From: Marsupella aquatica | Taxonomy: Eukaryota > Plantae > Marchantiophyta | Assembly: GCA_973895155.1 (NCBI GenBank) | Contig: OZ316895.1 | Coordinates: 10,094,184-10,158,183, forward strand | Length of the DNA stretch: 64,000 nt | Direction: 5' to 3' | Shown: positions 39,683-52,875 of the stretch, piece by piece | How the letters are laid out: each line of letters starts with the position of its first letter | Position numbering within the stretch: the first letter of the stretch is position 1 | Translations under genes and position numbers: made by a program | The notes under the pieces: generated by a model | Databases searched by the model: none | What the model saw: the letters and a program-made list of their open reading frames with translations, nothing else | What the model was told of the DNA's origin: nothing

Positions 39683-42600
39683 CAGACACTGCTTGGGGAT
39701 ATAGTGTGTAACTAACCAAGTCCGCAACTAACCAATGCGGGCTTGGTTAGTTGTGGAAGGTAACTAACCAAGTCCGCAACTAAGGTTAGCCCGAACTATG
39801 GTTATGCTTGTAACTATAAACCTAATAGTAAAAGACTAGTAGGCAAAGCACAGAAAATCAAAACAACTAGGAATGGAGGAAAGAAAATTGAAACTGAAAG
39901 AAGGATATGGTGATATATACAAGATACGCACCCACAACAGTTTGTTATGGTTATTTTATAATGTAAATACTGATATATTCAATGTATGAAGATTGTTATT
40001 CCTGTAATAAAATGTAACATATTTCTAATCAAATTTTTTTTTTGTTGAAAAATCTCAAAATGTAACTAATACTGTTACATTGTGTTTTTACCACTCACCT
40101 CGCCACTCCCAAACTTTGTTGTTTTTGGTGTATTGTTCAGTATGTTTTGTTGTATGCACTGTGCTTGGCTAGAGTGGCCCACATTTGGGTTGGTAATTTC
40201 CAGCCCCTTTGTTGTGGGAAGGCCATTCCCCCTGCCAGCCATTGCACTGTCATTCCATTGCCTTAGGTTGCTCGTTAACTGTAAGGTCATTATAGAAATC
40301 ACTAAAGTCTGCAATTCCTACCTGATCTGGTCTTCCTGAAATCAAACCAAGTTTGAAACAAGAGTTCAAGAGAGGATTGTACTGGACGATGGGTTCTTGG
40401 AGGAAGAAGAAAGAGTACATTCAACAATGATTAGGGTAGTGTTTGGAAGCCAGACATACTTGCAAGCACATCCGCATTGGTGCCGTGCATGATGGCCGTG
40501 TCAGGGATAATAACAGATTTGAGTCATAGAGAACAAAAAAGGGATCACACCAGTGCCTTGCGCTCCTAAAATGATTTGACGGTCTTGGACCTGAACAGCC
40601 AGCACTGGCAAGTCCTGCCTCTCCACTCCCCAAGGCATTACCTCCAGTTGAGCCCCCAAATGATGTGGGTAGCAAAAGAGCACAAAAATTGATCAAAACT
40701 GATGTGAATGCTTTGAGTGTTAATCTATCTGGTATGAGCCTACAAAACTTGAAGTGCAAGCTCGTACTATTTCAGTTGCAACTCACATTCTTTACATTTT
40801 TCTTGACCAGTTCGAGATATTTTGTCTAAGAGTGTTGCAAACCCATCAGTTTTCAGTCATCGGTATCAGCTGCTCCCATCGGTATCGTTTTCGTGTGGGT
40901 GATTCATACTCAGCGAGGTCACCGGGATGAGTCAGCAAGGTCAGTCGAGTGCGATGGCCACCCGCAGAATTGATGTTCAAATTCTACAAGATTCTTGAGG
41001 TTCACCGAATTAACAATCTCTAGGTTTTTAAATATTAGTCTTTAAGTACATTGTCACTAAATATGTTTGAATTTACAATTTTCTCATTATTTTTATTCTA
41101 TTTAGGAATATGATGATGCGATTGTAGTATATTGTTCTCTTGGTTACCTTAGTGAATTAGTCATCCATATATCAAAATCATGACATAGTGTAAATTAAAA
41201 AAATATATCCAATGTTTTCAATCAGAACATCGTTAGTGTAAGAGCACTTAAAACTTGTTTAATATATTGGTCCTGTGCTGCTAGTGTTTGTATGGACAAA
41301 AGATTGATTGATCGGTATCTCATGTTTTTATTGTCTTTTCATCGTGAGAGTGCTCTATCGTGGGGAGCATGGGTAGACCACGGTACAATGAATCCTCGAC
41401 TGTAGTATGGGTATAGCGATAAGGTAGCCCACTGTTGAATTAGCAACCAGACTACCAGAACATGACCTGCACACGAAATTGAACACCGGTGATGTGGGGT
41501 TCTCACGGTACAACAGGGAAATTTCCACTCTGCCAGGTACAGTACTTCAGAAATGCCACCACATTGTGAGAGAATCGACGGATAAACTCGTACTCTTACT
41601 TTGGGGGAGAGGAAGCTTTGACCGTCGATTCCTTAGTTCATAAATGATGCGAGCAGACTTTAATGTGAAGTTTATGAACACAATAATGGCTTCGAGCTTG
41701 ATCCAGAGCAGGAGAGCGATTAACGAAGGCACCCAGAAGAGGTGGTGGCAAGTGTGGCATGCTGTGGGTGGAAAATGGTCGCTGAGAGCTTAAAAGCAAT
41801 GCAATCAATAAAGCTGCACGCGCTGGAGATGGGCAGTTGATTTGTCTGCTGCACCTTAAACTCTCAGCCACTGTGCCGTAACATAAGCCAGCTAGCAGAT
41901 GGAGGTGAGTACGGTTCTACTTCTCGCGAGTCTCACCGAAACTACACATGTACTGCTGTATCCATGCACATACTATGGAGAAGATACTTTAGATACTACC
42001 CAGCCCCTCCTTTGATAGTGTTCCGACAAGTCTGTTGTCGACTGTCCTCGGTTGCCTTGCCACTATAGTCATACAGAGAGGTCCCAATTAACACATCCTC
42101 GTTTTTTTTCCCTTTCATGAAAGGCTGTAACCAATACTGAATTCCATTCAATGAATTGAAGGAGCTAAGCATACAGTGGTTATTGTCCAGAACCCCTTGA
42201 GACTCTCCTACAGTAGTTAGAGTATTGCAGCTACACTATCACGGCCACAAGGTTCAACTGTTCAAGAGTTGTGCACGTCATCCCGCCACGGGAAACGAAT
42301 TATTAAGGGTAACAGTAGTAGTAAGTTTGCATTAGTTGTAGCTTTGACAGGGGAAGTTTGGTGTCCGTGTTCCCTCCTTGTTTAATGTTCGTAATGAGTT
42401 CAACGACCCACCTGTTGAATTTAAGAATTTGAAGGTCGTGTTTAATGATCGTTGGCTACGTAGCTCGACGCAATGCCAGGTCATGGAAGATGTTGAGCTT
42501 TTACATCTATGGTTTCTGTGTTGAATGTTGTGTCAAACATTTTCCGCCCAATGAGAGAGACACAATGCAAAAGATGCATGTGAGCAAGACGCGAGCACAA

Positions 42601-43906
42601 GCTGGAATGGTTTGGTGAAGTATTTCTGACCTGCTGCTCTTCTGATGCGGTGATGCCGGTCAATTTTGGGGCACAGTGAGAGGTTCTACACAGTTCCCCA
42701 GCACCGGTATGGAATTGTTCATGAGATGATGAGATTGGCGTATGAGCGGAAGTCGTACTTTTGTTCCTAGTTCTTAATGATAGGGATCTCCTCAGTGGGC
42801 AGTTCATTACCCAAATCAGCAGAGAGCTGAAAGCCCCGAAATTGAAGAGTACGGCACATGTTGCGCAGACTCGATCGGGTGGACGGATTGGATTGGAAGA
42901 GGAGGACACATTCCCCTCGATCCAATATATTATTCCTGCAAACAAGCCCTCCAAGTGTTCGATTTCCTCCGCCATACGGTTTGAGAATCCCTTCCGAAAG
43001 AGTACAATTGGTTGTGTATTGCTCTCGAAAGCCGTCAACGTAGAAGAGAATCATTGTCAGTCAGAACGTAACCTGAGAATACCAATGATTCGAGTACGGT
43101 GACGAAGCAATTTATAGTACCTCGAGCACGAGATGCACATTCTCTCGTTCTGTAAATTAACCGCACCCGGGGCAGTGGTCTGACGAGGTGCACAAGACTG
43201 CCAAAAAACCATTTTATAAGTGCAGCTATTGAATGACCAACTTACTCTTGCAGCACTAAGGAAACAGATGGGAGAGTTGCCACATTCCAGCCCGCCATTT
43301 CGAGCATTGGATGGCTCGATCGTCCCTACTGTATACAGTTATTCATCATTTGTCATTTTTTTTCTCAGAGAAGATTACTCCCATCCATCCTGAGAACACT
43401 CCTTGATCCTGGGCAGTCAGTCCCTGTGGCCCTTCATTCATTCGAGCTCCAGTATCACATAAATTCGACCGTATTTCAGTTAGTTCTGATGAGCAGGCTC
43501 CGCAGCTTTCCATGGTGCAACTTACTGCTCTCGAGCATCTCCCACGAGGTTGAGCGCCCTCTTGGGGTACACCTCTTCCGGTGCCGTATCCCTGGCTTGC
43601 TCTGACAGCGATCAATTTGAAGGACTTCCACCCGGAGCTCCGTTACTGTTTCGACGATGTGCTAATTGGTAACATTAGAATGCATGAAACAGCGCTAGCT
43701 CATAAATTTCAATGGGCATCATAAACTGTTGACTTGCGCGGAAGTCTATCCAGTCAGGCAAAGAGAGGGCACGGCTGTGGCTACCATGATAAAAATACGT
43801 ATTTCATCGCAGCTTGATCGTGTATGATTGCCTGGAATTCTCGTGTTCCTGCCAGGATTATGCTTACTATATTACTCACATTCTTCTCGCTGATGTGTTT
43901 GTCCAG

Positions 43907-43968
43907 TGTCATCCAAACAGCTTTTCCGTCATCCAAACAGCTTTTCCGTCATCCAAACAGCTTTTCCG
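43907..43968. repeat. 20-bp tandem repeat x3
   Basis: GTCATCCAAACAGCTTTTCC repeated three times. Confidence 0.9.
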
Positions 43969-44418
43969 TGGTGCGCAGGAGATTCGTTTCAGATGAACAT
44001 ATTGGTATCTGATTTTGGTTTGGTTTGCTTTGAAGTTTGTGGTCGTTAGGATCTCATCTCCCTTCGACACTTGGGGCACCCACCTCCGTGCCTCCGGGAA
44101 AATATTAAACAAGGAAGTGATGACTGAAGAATGCAAAATGACATACAGTCTTGGGGCGCTTTTTGATATCTACTTATACTACAGTGCATTATCATTCTAC
44201 ACGGTAAACTCTATCAATGTTTCCGCTCAAGCGACTTTTGATTGCCCATGTGGTCGCAAGCCGAGAAAACTGTTGCCAGATCATTAGGCTACTGTGCTTT
44301 GCAACGAAATTTGACGCCTGCACTAATTCTGCACTAGTTCCAGACTGCCGGGCCACAAGGAAATAAAGGGTGCAGGGTGCAAGGTGCAGGGTTGAAGAGT
44401 TGAGCTAAGGTAACAAAC

Positions 44419-44752
44419 CCACAGATTTGAGTGGTCAACATGACGATGAGAATGATTTGAAAGGGGATCTCCAATTCTCATCACCGTGTGTAGCAATTTC
44501 ATTCAAATTGTTTACAGCTACACCTCACAGATTTGAGTAGTGAACATGAAGATAAGAAATCAATGATTCGAAGGAGGATCTCCAAACCTGATCACTTGCA
44601 TAGCAATCTTATTGAAAAATTTCAACAGCTATACCTCACAGATTTGTGAGGTGAACATGAAGGTGAGAATGACTCAAAAGAGGATGTCCAAATCTCATTA
44701 CTCTGCATAGCAATTTGATTAAAAAAAAACTAACAGCTACACCTCACAGATG
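44419..44752. repeat. ~108-bp tandem repeat x3
   Basis: CACAGATTTG..GTGAACATGA..GAGAAT..ACAGCTACACCT units begin at about 44419, 44527 and 44637. Confidence 0.8.
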
Positions 44753-45626
44753 TGCGTAGATCTAGCTTGTGCCTGTCTCTGCCGAGAACATATCAAATGC
44801 GAAATTAAAGGTAAATTACCTCTCCTGTTAGATCCAGGTACATTTAATTTCGCATTTGATTTAACAGGAGAGGTAATTTACTTAATGCGAAATCAAAAGT
44901 AAGTTACCTCTCCTGTTAGATCATCTTCTGCTTATATCACACACGCTACCCATAATGTAGAGCTAGCTCTCAAACATCAAAACTCTTTTTTGCTTGCACT
45001 TTGCAACTCTCATAGCGTGTCCAGTTTCTAATCTTCAATGAATTATTCTGGGATACAACTCACTTAGCGTGCAGTACGTGAGTTAGGGAGGCTGAAGCCC
45101 TCTCCCATTCCTCTTGATAAAAATTGAAGCCTGCCCAAACTTCAGCTGCCTCTACCGTGCAAAACTTTGCCCTCCCAGGTCCTCTCATTTCTACTTTTTG
45201 TACCATAATCTCATTGGATGCCGGGTTTGAATCTCTTGTGCCTCCTTCCTAGTTGGATAGAACAAGTTCCCTTTCTTTCCCTTGCTGTCTTTCTTCATCC
45301 TGAGATTTGGACTGTCATGGAGGACCAAAATGTTGGAGACCTAATATCATTATGGGGCCATGGTTACACCAGATGATGTATAATGATTCCCCAAGGGAGC
45401 TTGTCCAACGACACTCATACTAGTAAGATGAATGCCTTGTTGAGTAGTATAGACATTTTTTATTTTCATCTCTCATGGAGGGCAAGGAAGGTTGTCTCGC
45501 ATTTCAGATTCAGTAATGGAAGCCATGCTTGTCACAATTGGATCACCTTTGAGCTGTGTTACCTTCATTTCATGAGTTTTTGTGTCTAGACCCTGTTTGT
45601 GTTCAAGTTGACCTGGGTAAGCATAT

Positions 45627-45661
45627 AACACAGTGACGGACCAAACGAGAAGTATGACCAC
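45627..45661 (+). repeat. Left terminal inverted repeat
   Basis: AACACAGTGACGGACCAAACGAGAAGTATGACCAC; the CCAAACGAGAAGT submotif is repeated directly afterwards. Confidence 0.92.
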
Positions 45662-46528
45662 CAAACGAGAAGTGTGTTTTCGATTTCGCAAAAACGGCGA
45701 AAAATCACTAAAATTAAGATCAAAAATGTTATTTTGAGGATGAATCCAAAATCGCATCCAACATCAGATTTCAAATCGAGATACTGTCGACACAAAAACA
45801 AAGAATTGTCACAATCCAGAATTCCGATACACTTCATCTAAAAAAAGTGCAAATTCCAAAACCTAGAAAAACAATGCTTTTCATGTGATCCTTCTAAAAG
45901 CTAAATCCGAGCGTCAAACAAAACGAATAAAACACAAGATTTCATTTTCGCCATCAAAATGGCAAACTGAAAATGAGATACGGCGTATCCCATTTCGGAT
46001 TCAACCGTTGAACGTGGACGAAAATCACACCAAATCATTCTCTTGACGCTTCCATTTAACCTCGGGTTAAAAATATTTGAATTTTTAACTGCGGTAAAAC
46101 CAAAAACTGCGAAAAACTGACCGCGGACTACAGTCGACCCACACAGTTAGTTAAGTTAACCCGACGACATGTCCGGAAAATTTTTAGCCCATAACGCATG
46201 ATGAATACGAGATGGGATCCAAGTATCCACTATCGTATTCAACCTCAATGTTTTCCACCTGCAACTTTGCATCAGGAGATCTTTTGACATGAATACCAAC
46301 TGAGATCCATGGATCCCATTTTTTTCGCAAGTCCAAAAACTCATCGGGAAAACAGGAGGATGAATACCATATGGGATCCATGGATCCCATCTAGTATTCA
46401 ACCTCTACATTTTGAAGTTTTTGCATTGCATACATTGATATTCCAGTTTGAAGACCAACTGGGATCCACAGCGACTTCCTCAAAAATCTACAATTTAAAT
46501 TTCAGCATTCTTTGAAAAGACAAACTCT

Positions 46529-46600
46529 CACGTGAAAAAACCCTCGTACGGACCAATCAGGGAATGCCACGTGTCCAATGCCCCCAAAAACTATAAAAGG
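46529..46600 (+). promoter_or_regulatory. Putative transposase promoter (two G-boxes, CCAAT boxes, TATA box)
   Basis: CACGTG at 46529 and 46568 (the latter in GCCACGTGTC), CCAAT at 46553 and 46575, TATAAAA at 46592, ATG at 46751. Confidence 0.5.
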
Positions 46601-46750
46601 AAGAGCTCGCATCTGTTTTTCATCTTCATTTCTCGCAATTACTTTGAGGTTCGTTCAGTATTGAGTAGTTGTTTTCATAGAATACTGTAATCTGAATTTT
46701 CTCTGTTGGATAGGAATACGTACTCCTATACAACCCTTGTTTGATTCTCT

Positions 46751-49700
46751 ATGGCGTCTTCAAGTGATGAGTCAATTTACAGTTCAGATGCATCTTCGCC
46801 AGATGTTGTTTGAAAATTTATTCCATCTCGTTTGATGAATGAATTACCAGCCTCACAGAGAGTAGTGCCAGAGATTTCATTTTCCTCAGAATCTGAGAAA
46901 TCAGAGTCTGATTCAGAGTCTTGTAGGAGTGTTGTGGGTGCTCCAATTTTATACTATGTCTCTCCAAGTAAACCTCTTAAACGACGTCTACTTGTAAAGA
47001 AGCCTAATGTAGTTCCTATGACAGAGACACTTGGTTCACCGCGAACCCCGACAGATCTTCAAAGACGAAGGCCTCGTTTTTTAATGCCAAGACAACTTTA
47101 CCATGTAGGCCCGCCTGAAGATCTCCGTTGGTTTTTCCAATGTCTCTTTCTCCGGGAGTGAAGATAGCTGTGTCCAGTGTTCAATCATAGTTTGAGCAAA
47201 TGAGGAGTCCAAATGTGCCGGAATTGCAGGGAGGGGCAGCCTCGGAGCCAAATTTGGTGGGTCGAATACCAAGTGGGATCCGTGGATCCCACTTGACCGT
47301 ATTCCCTACTTGAATGTTGAGAAATGGTGAACGCAAATTGCCTATTTTGTCTCCTTCAGTACCAAATTCCTTGAGTCAAATACAAAGTGGGGTCCATGGA
47401 TCCCACTTAGTATTCCCTTGTGGTATTTTGCAGAATCCTGTGCCCGAGTCACCGGTCTTGCGGACTTCCAACCCGAGTTCCAATGGTGGAATGCGAAATG
47501 GGATACGCGGATCCCAGTTCGTATTGCGCAACGGAAAATTACCAAGTCATGACGCAGAACAGCAAGTGGGAAAGTTTTCACTTCGAAGTCCCGAAGGACG
47601 AATACGAGTTGGGATCCATGGATCCCAATCGGTATTCCCATCAGTTATTTCACCGAGTGGTGAAACTAACAACAAGGGGCTTCGAAGCCCTTTGGCGAGG
47701 ATGCAGTGTGAGGTTTTTGGATCTTCCATTGGACGGCAAGTGCAGAACGAAAGAGGGAAGAGATCTAGTGTCCAGAAAATTCCTCGGAGATTATTGCGAA
47801 GTGAGCTGCCGAAGAGAGGGCCCAAAAATTCAAAGGTACATGCTAAATTGAGACTTGTCCAAAGATTATTCAATGGTCAAGATGAGCCCTCAAGTCGAGA
47901 AGAATCACCTAGGCTGGGATTACAGTCTCAAAGACAAGTGGGCGGTACTCCGACTGAAGATGTGAATATCATTAGAAGATTTCAAACTAGAAATCTCCGA
48001 ACACCTATTACATTTTCAGAAGACTCTGAAGAGAGATCAGAGGAGGCTGCAAATGACAGAGAGACTGTTGTAATCTCAAATGTTGTTGAAGAGATCCTGG
48101 GATGTGAGATTGTTCATGAAACAGTTACAGAAAATGTGGAGAGTGGAAACAACTCTATAGAAGATCTTTTTGTTTTAAATTCTAATTCACTAGAAAATAG
48201 TGGGGGGTAAGTTCTCCCGACACTATTCAGGATAGAGTAGAGGTGACAAGACCCAGCAAGAAAATCAGAGATCAGATGATTAGAAAAGATAGACTTACCA
48301 TTGCAAATCTAAAAAAATGCAAAATTAAAGATATTTTTAAGTATCCCTGTTGTGACAAGTTTTGTTTGAGATCTCTGGGTCTAGAGGAATGCTCAAAACA
48401 ACGCAAGTATTATTTTGGTCTTAAATACTTGCAAAAAAATATTTTGCTACAAGGTTGTATCATGAACAACTATAGTACTTCTCGTGGATATAGTGTAAAT
48501 GGACAACCTATATGTAGAGGAGGATTCAAGAAACTATATTCTTTAGGTAATAATAGATTGGCAACAATCCATGCAAACATGTTTACAAGGATTGAACGAG
48601 ATACCTTTTGTAAGGAAGACTCACTTTCATTTCTAAACTTGGTGGAATGGTTGAAAGATTTTTTCCAAAAAAATATGGATAGTCTTCCCTATAAAGAGAT
48701 TCATCATTTGCCAGACAATTGGACAAAGCAAGAGATACACGGAATCTTTGAAGCTGAAACAATGTTGCAAGAAGAACAAGTTACATATTCTTATTTTTTG
48801 CGTGTTTGGAAAAAAAGTTTCCAAATGTACGAATTTCTAAAAGGAGTCGATTTTCTACTTGTGGTCCTTGTACTGAATTCAAGGCTCTTCGGGACAAAAC
48901 AATAACTGAAGAGGATAAAAGTAAGTTCCACTAACTATAACCTTCAACTTTAATTTGATGACATGTAATTCAATATTTGTCAAATTTATCCTTAGTTATT
49001 GATTTTTAATTCATTGCTATTGTATCATTTCAAGAAAGTACATCAATGCCCTTATGGAGCATCGAAAAGTACAATCATTGGAAAGGATGAAGTTAGCCAA
49101 GCATCCTAAAAAATGCTATGATGAGCCCAACAAGTATTTGGGTATTTGTATAGATGGTATGGATCAAAAGAAAACAGAGCTACCACATTTTCTTCGTTGT
49201 CCAAAGAACATGGATGAAAAATATTTCATTCCAATACATGTTGTAGGTTGTCTCATCTTCAACAGAAACATTGCAGCAAAAGTATTTTTGACATATCCCA
49301 ATATCCATAATGATGCAAACTTGACCATATATGTTATTCAAAATGTATTGAATACATGGGATGAGACATTACCAAGAGTGTTATATCTTCAATTAGATAA
49401 TACCACTAGGGAAAACAAGAATAAATTCTTGATGGCTTACCTTCACATGTTAGTAGATTTGAAGATTTTTGACAAGATTAAATTAAAGTGGGTTTCTTGT
49501 TGGTCGGTCATACACATGACCAGATAGATCAGATGTTTAGTAAATTTTCGCCTAGGTTAAACAAGCACAAAGCATTTCGCTTGGAGACTCTCGAGGATAT
49601 TATTCGACAAGCATATTCACTTGAAGCTTTGATCATATTTGTGGATGAAGTAGCCAATTTTCAAAAATTTGTCAATGAAAATGACCAGCCAAATGAGAAG

Positions 49701-50639
49701 GGAGTCTTAGGTAGAGTCTTGAGAGATCTCAATCTCATAACTTTTCAAAGGCAATTCAGATTCAAACGAGTCATGGAGGATGGAAACGAAGAGACAACAT
49801 TTCACGGGAAACATCTTTCCATGACCCAGGATTGGGGAGATGCAGTGACGTTCGTCAATTACATTCCAACTTCAAGAATGTGGGTTGCTGCACAAATGTC
49901 ACTAAAGTCAGCAAAAGGTGTTGAGAGAGATGATGTCCATGATTCTTCCAATACAGATGGTGCATTAACTACTCTGGTGAGATATGAAAAAGCTATCCAG
50001 GAAGGTTTCAATTACTTTGACAATGAAGATAAACTTTGGTGGATGAGTTTTTTTGAGAAACAAAAAGATATTATCAAAAACCACCTAGAGGAAGGTGAGT
50101 GGCTATTGGAGTGGGTTTGGCCGCAACAAAATCAAGGTGCACAACTACTTCCAAGGGTGAGAAATGAACTTGTTGAAGAAGGTGTTGATCCAACTTTGGT
50201 TGACAAAGTTGCTAGACCACAGAGAATTATGTACTTCAGACCTCGACAAAAGCAAGCTGAATTTGGATATTTCAGAGATATGGAAGTTAACAATAAGTGG
50301 TCCATGATATGTGTAGCGGCACACAAGGATCCAGAAGGCAAGTTGTTTTGGATGGCAAAGGTGTCAAAGATTTTGACAAGAACTGCAGACATTCTTGAGA
50401 GAATCAAAATCACATGGTACACAACTGAGGCAAGTGCTGAGTCTGCTATTGATGGGAAATATTTTCCAAAGAAAGATAATATATCTAATCGACTTCTCCA
50501 AGATGAACTAGTTCTATCATCAACAACGGTGTATGCATACAACTTTGCGCTTTTAAGTACTAATCAAATAGTAGCAAAAACTAAAAAAATTATAGAGTCT
50601 GCTATATTAGAGCGAGGTTCTGCACACTCAGAGGATTGA
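46751..50639 (+). pseudogene. Sola-like DDD transposase (frameshifted, with in-frame stops)
   Basis: Cys motifs CCDKFC, ICRGGFKKLY and FSTCGPC (after a frameshift near 48815). Predicted intron 48921-49034. Catalytic-core motifs CIDGMDQ, LYLQLDNTTRENKN and GFLLVGHTHDQIDQMFS. C-terminal FWMAKV..ITWY beta-rich domain. The structure upstream of 48243 is uncertain. Confidence 0.82.
47264..47638. repeat. Array of four ~38-bp palindromes at ~112-bp spacing with dissimilar spacers
   Basis: Cores at about 47275, 47389, 47500 and 47611 (GGGATCCATGGATCCC type). Confidence 0.85.
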
Positions 50640-50779
50640 GATTGATGTCCTTAAACAGGTACATGCATCAATTTTAAAATTTGATCTCGAATGAATTTTC
50701 TAAGGTTACATGCTCTTTTACAATTGTACCATTTTTCGGTAAATAAAGACTGTGCATCAAGGCATTGTGTAATATGCCA

Positions 50780-51564
50780 TTAAATTCTGATTTTGTCCAT
50801 ATTTTGAAGAACAAATAGACCACAATCTGAATTGTTTGGTTGTTGAGGTACTTGAGAAAGAATCTTAAAGTTAGTCCAAAGTGCTTAATAAAATTTTGAA
50901 CTAAATAAAAGTTGAAATAATTTTTCAAATCCTTACCATTGGATTGTAAATCTCCACAACTCCCATTGGAACTTTTCCAAAAAATAATTCTCATTCCATT
51001 GTAAAATATCTGCAAATTATCATTCAAAGTTCTTAGTCCAAAGTGTTTATATTTATGTACCACATAAATAAATTCAAATTGAAAAAATGTAATAGAATAT
51101 ATATGTACCTGCTCAGTATTGATCCAATTACATGGGTTGAGTATAGACCGGCGAGAGAGTCTAGATGATACATTTTGATCGAAGATTCAATCCGATCCAA
51201 ACATATTACAACCAGACTCCAATGCATGCTCATGTGAATTGGCATGAGAATGACCTCAATTTGGGAAAATGGTGGCTTGTAATAATTTTGCATCTTTTGA
51301 ATTGATTCCAACAAGGTCTCAGCTGGTTCTGTTTCAATCCTTGAAACAAGCCAAGGGTAAAAAAAAAGGATAATGTGTTTACTGAGGGAGCCAGATCTCC
51401 ATGTTCCTCGGTTATTAATTGTGAGTAAAATTCCATTATTTCATCACCCAAATATTGACCGGGTTCAAGTTGGCTCAATGTTTTATTGTCCAAAAGAAAC
51501 CCACTAGAAGGATTGTGTGAGAATCTATGCAAAACATGTTTCAATACAAATCCTCCTTTGGTTC
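50780..51564 (-). pseudogene. Ulp1/SENP-type (peptidase C48) cysteine protease domain, spliced and frameshifted
   Basis: YLGDEIMEFY, ILMPIHMSMHWSLVVI (His) and YHLDSL (Asp). After two small predicted introns comes VPQQPNNSDCGLFV (Gln/Cys; ~50810-50850, not in the ORF track). Confidence 0.85.
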
Positions 51565-51676
51565 CTGCAAAGACATTACTTTATGAAATAAGAACATAGT
51601 GCAATCATAATCTTCCTCAATATTGAACAAGTTTGGATCAATAGATACAACATGAGAGAACTAATCAAACTAAAGT

Positions 51677-52793
51677 CTACACCTCAAGGAATGAGCCAAG
51701 ATCAAGTGCCGGAGCTTCATGTTCCACTTCATCCCCCGCTTCATCCTCATCATTGACGTTCTCCTCTGCGATTGTAATGATGCAAGTTCCAGTGGTGAGG
51801 GTGCTCGTAGTACCACCAATAGGTGGTTGAACCTTGAAGCTCATGGGTCCTGTACCCTCCTTTGTTGCTTCATCATTCAAGTCCCACGATTCATCCAGCG
51901 TGACAAGTCGGGTCTGGATACAATCCACCTGGCTTGAACTGAGCTCCACGGCTATCACCAGACGTTTCCTAACAAGGCAGCGCATGAGGTTGAACCACTC
52001 CCCGCACATAAATCAGCAACCCAATCCCCTGCTTCACTAAAATGTTGAATGAACCAATCTGCTAGAGCTATCGGCTTCTGGTAAGGGTTCACTATTTCCC
52101 CCAATGGTGTGACACATTTCTTTGTAACACAAGGGACTTTTATGATGTTTACCCTTTTCTCATCATGTTCAAAATTGTACATGTCTCTGGTCCTAATACC
52201 ACTCTCGTGATAATATCTGATTGACCAGTTTTCAAAAGCCCAAGCCAATCGATTCCCAAAAGGATGAGCATGTACATTTGGCTTCTCCCAAATTCCAGTC
52301 TCTACACCTGCATTACAAGTTTACTTTTTCCCAGAGCATTCATCACAGACCAAGTTTGCTGCAAAGAGTGAATCACAACAAACCTCCACATCTTTGAACG
52401 TGTCACCTTGGCCAAACACTTCACCATATTCATAATATCACTGTCTGAAAATGGGACCTCATCATTTTCAGAGCCAGGTGCATTGAATCCATAAGGAATG
52501 TCTGCAATTGCAAGTGTGTAATTCCTTTTCTCTACAAACTTATCTAGCGCCCTGACATCTCCACAATGCAATGTATATCTGATGAAATTTCCATCAGCGT
52601 TTTTCCATCGATGGTCACTCGACTCTGCTTCAACCATTTCAATCCCACGACGACGGTTGTAGTTCTCAATCGCTTCTTGAACATAATTCTTAAACCTCGG
52701 GGGAATAACACTTGAAGTCAGCTCCTCCGAAGGCTTCTCAACCGCATCGGCACCAATTGCATCCTTGTTCTTCTTCTTCGAAAAAGCTTTCAA
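51677..52793 (-). pseudogene. Beta-class N6-adenine/N4-cytosine DNA methyltransferase domain (exon of the ParB-MTase gene)
   Basis: LHCGDV, LAIADIPYG (motif IV variant), GIWEKPN, PYQKPIALADWFIQHFSEAGDWVADLCAGSGSTSCAA (motifs X and I), then RLVIAVELS. Frameshifts near 52325 and 51970. Motif order IV then X-I indicates the beta permutation. Confidence 0.85.
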
Positions 52794-52875
52794 CTGCAAA
52801 CGCAAACTTGTTAAAAGAATCCGGAGAAAAGACAATTGGAAGAACCATTTAGGCATTCAAACAATCAAATCTGGA

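Noticed and set aside
40350-40580. SWIM/MuDR-like remnant (..TCKHIRIG..)
   Set aside because: One short motif amid stop codons; insufficient support.
42481-43102. 185-aa and 113-aa overlapping ORFs
   Set aside because: Non-ATG starts and no family motif recognised.
45629-45660. RSS heptamer CACAGTG suggesting a Transib/RAG-like element
   Set aside because: No nonamer and no 5-bp direct TSD at that boundary. The inverted match extends beyond CAC, and the transposase motifs are not RAG1/Transib-like.
46524-46539. Bacterial parS-like TCACGTGAAA
   Set aside because: Single partial match, explained more simply as a plant G-box.
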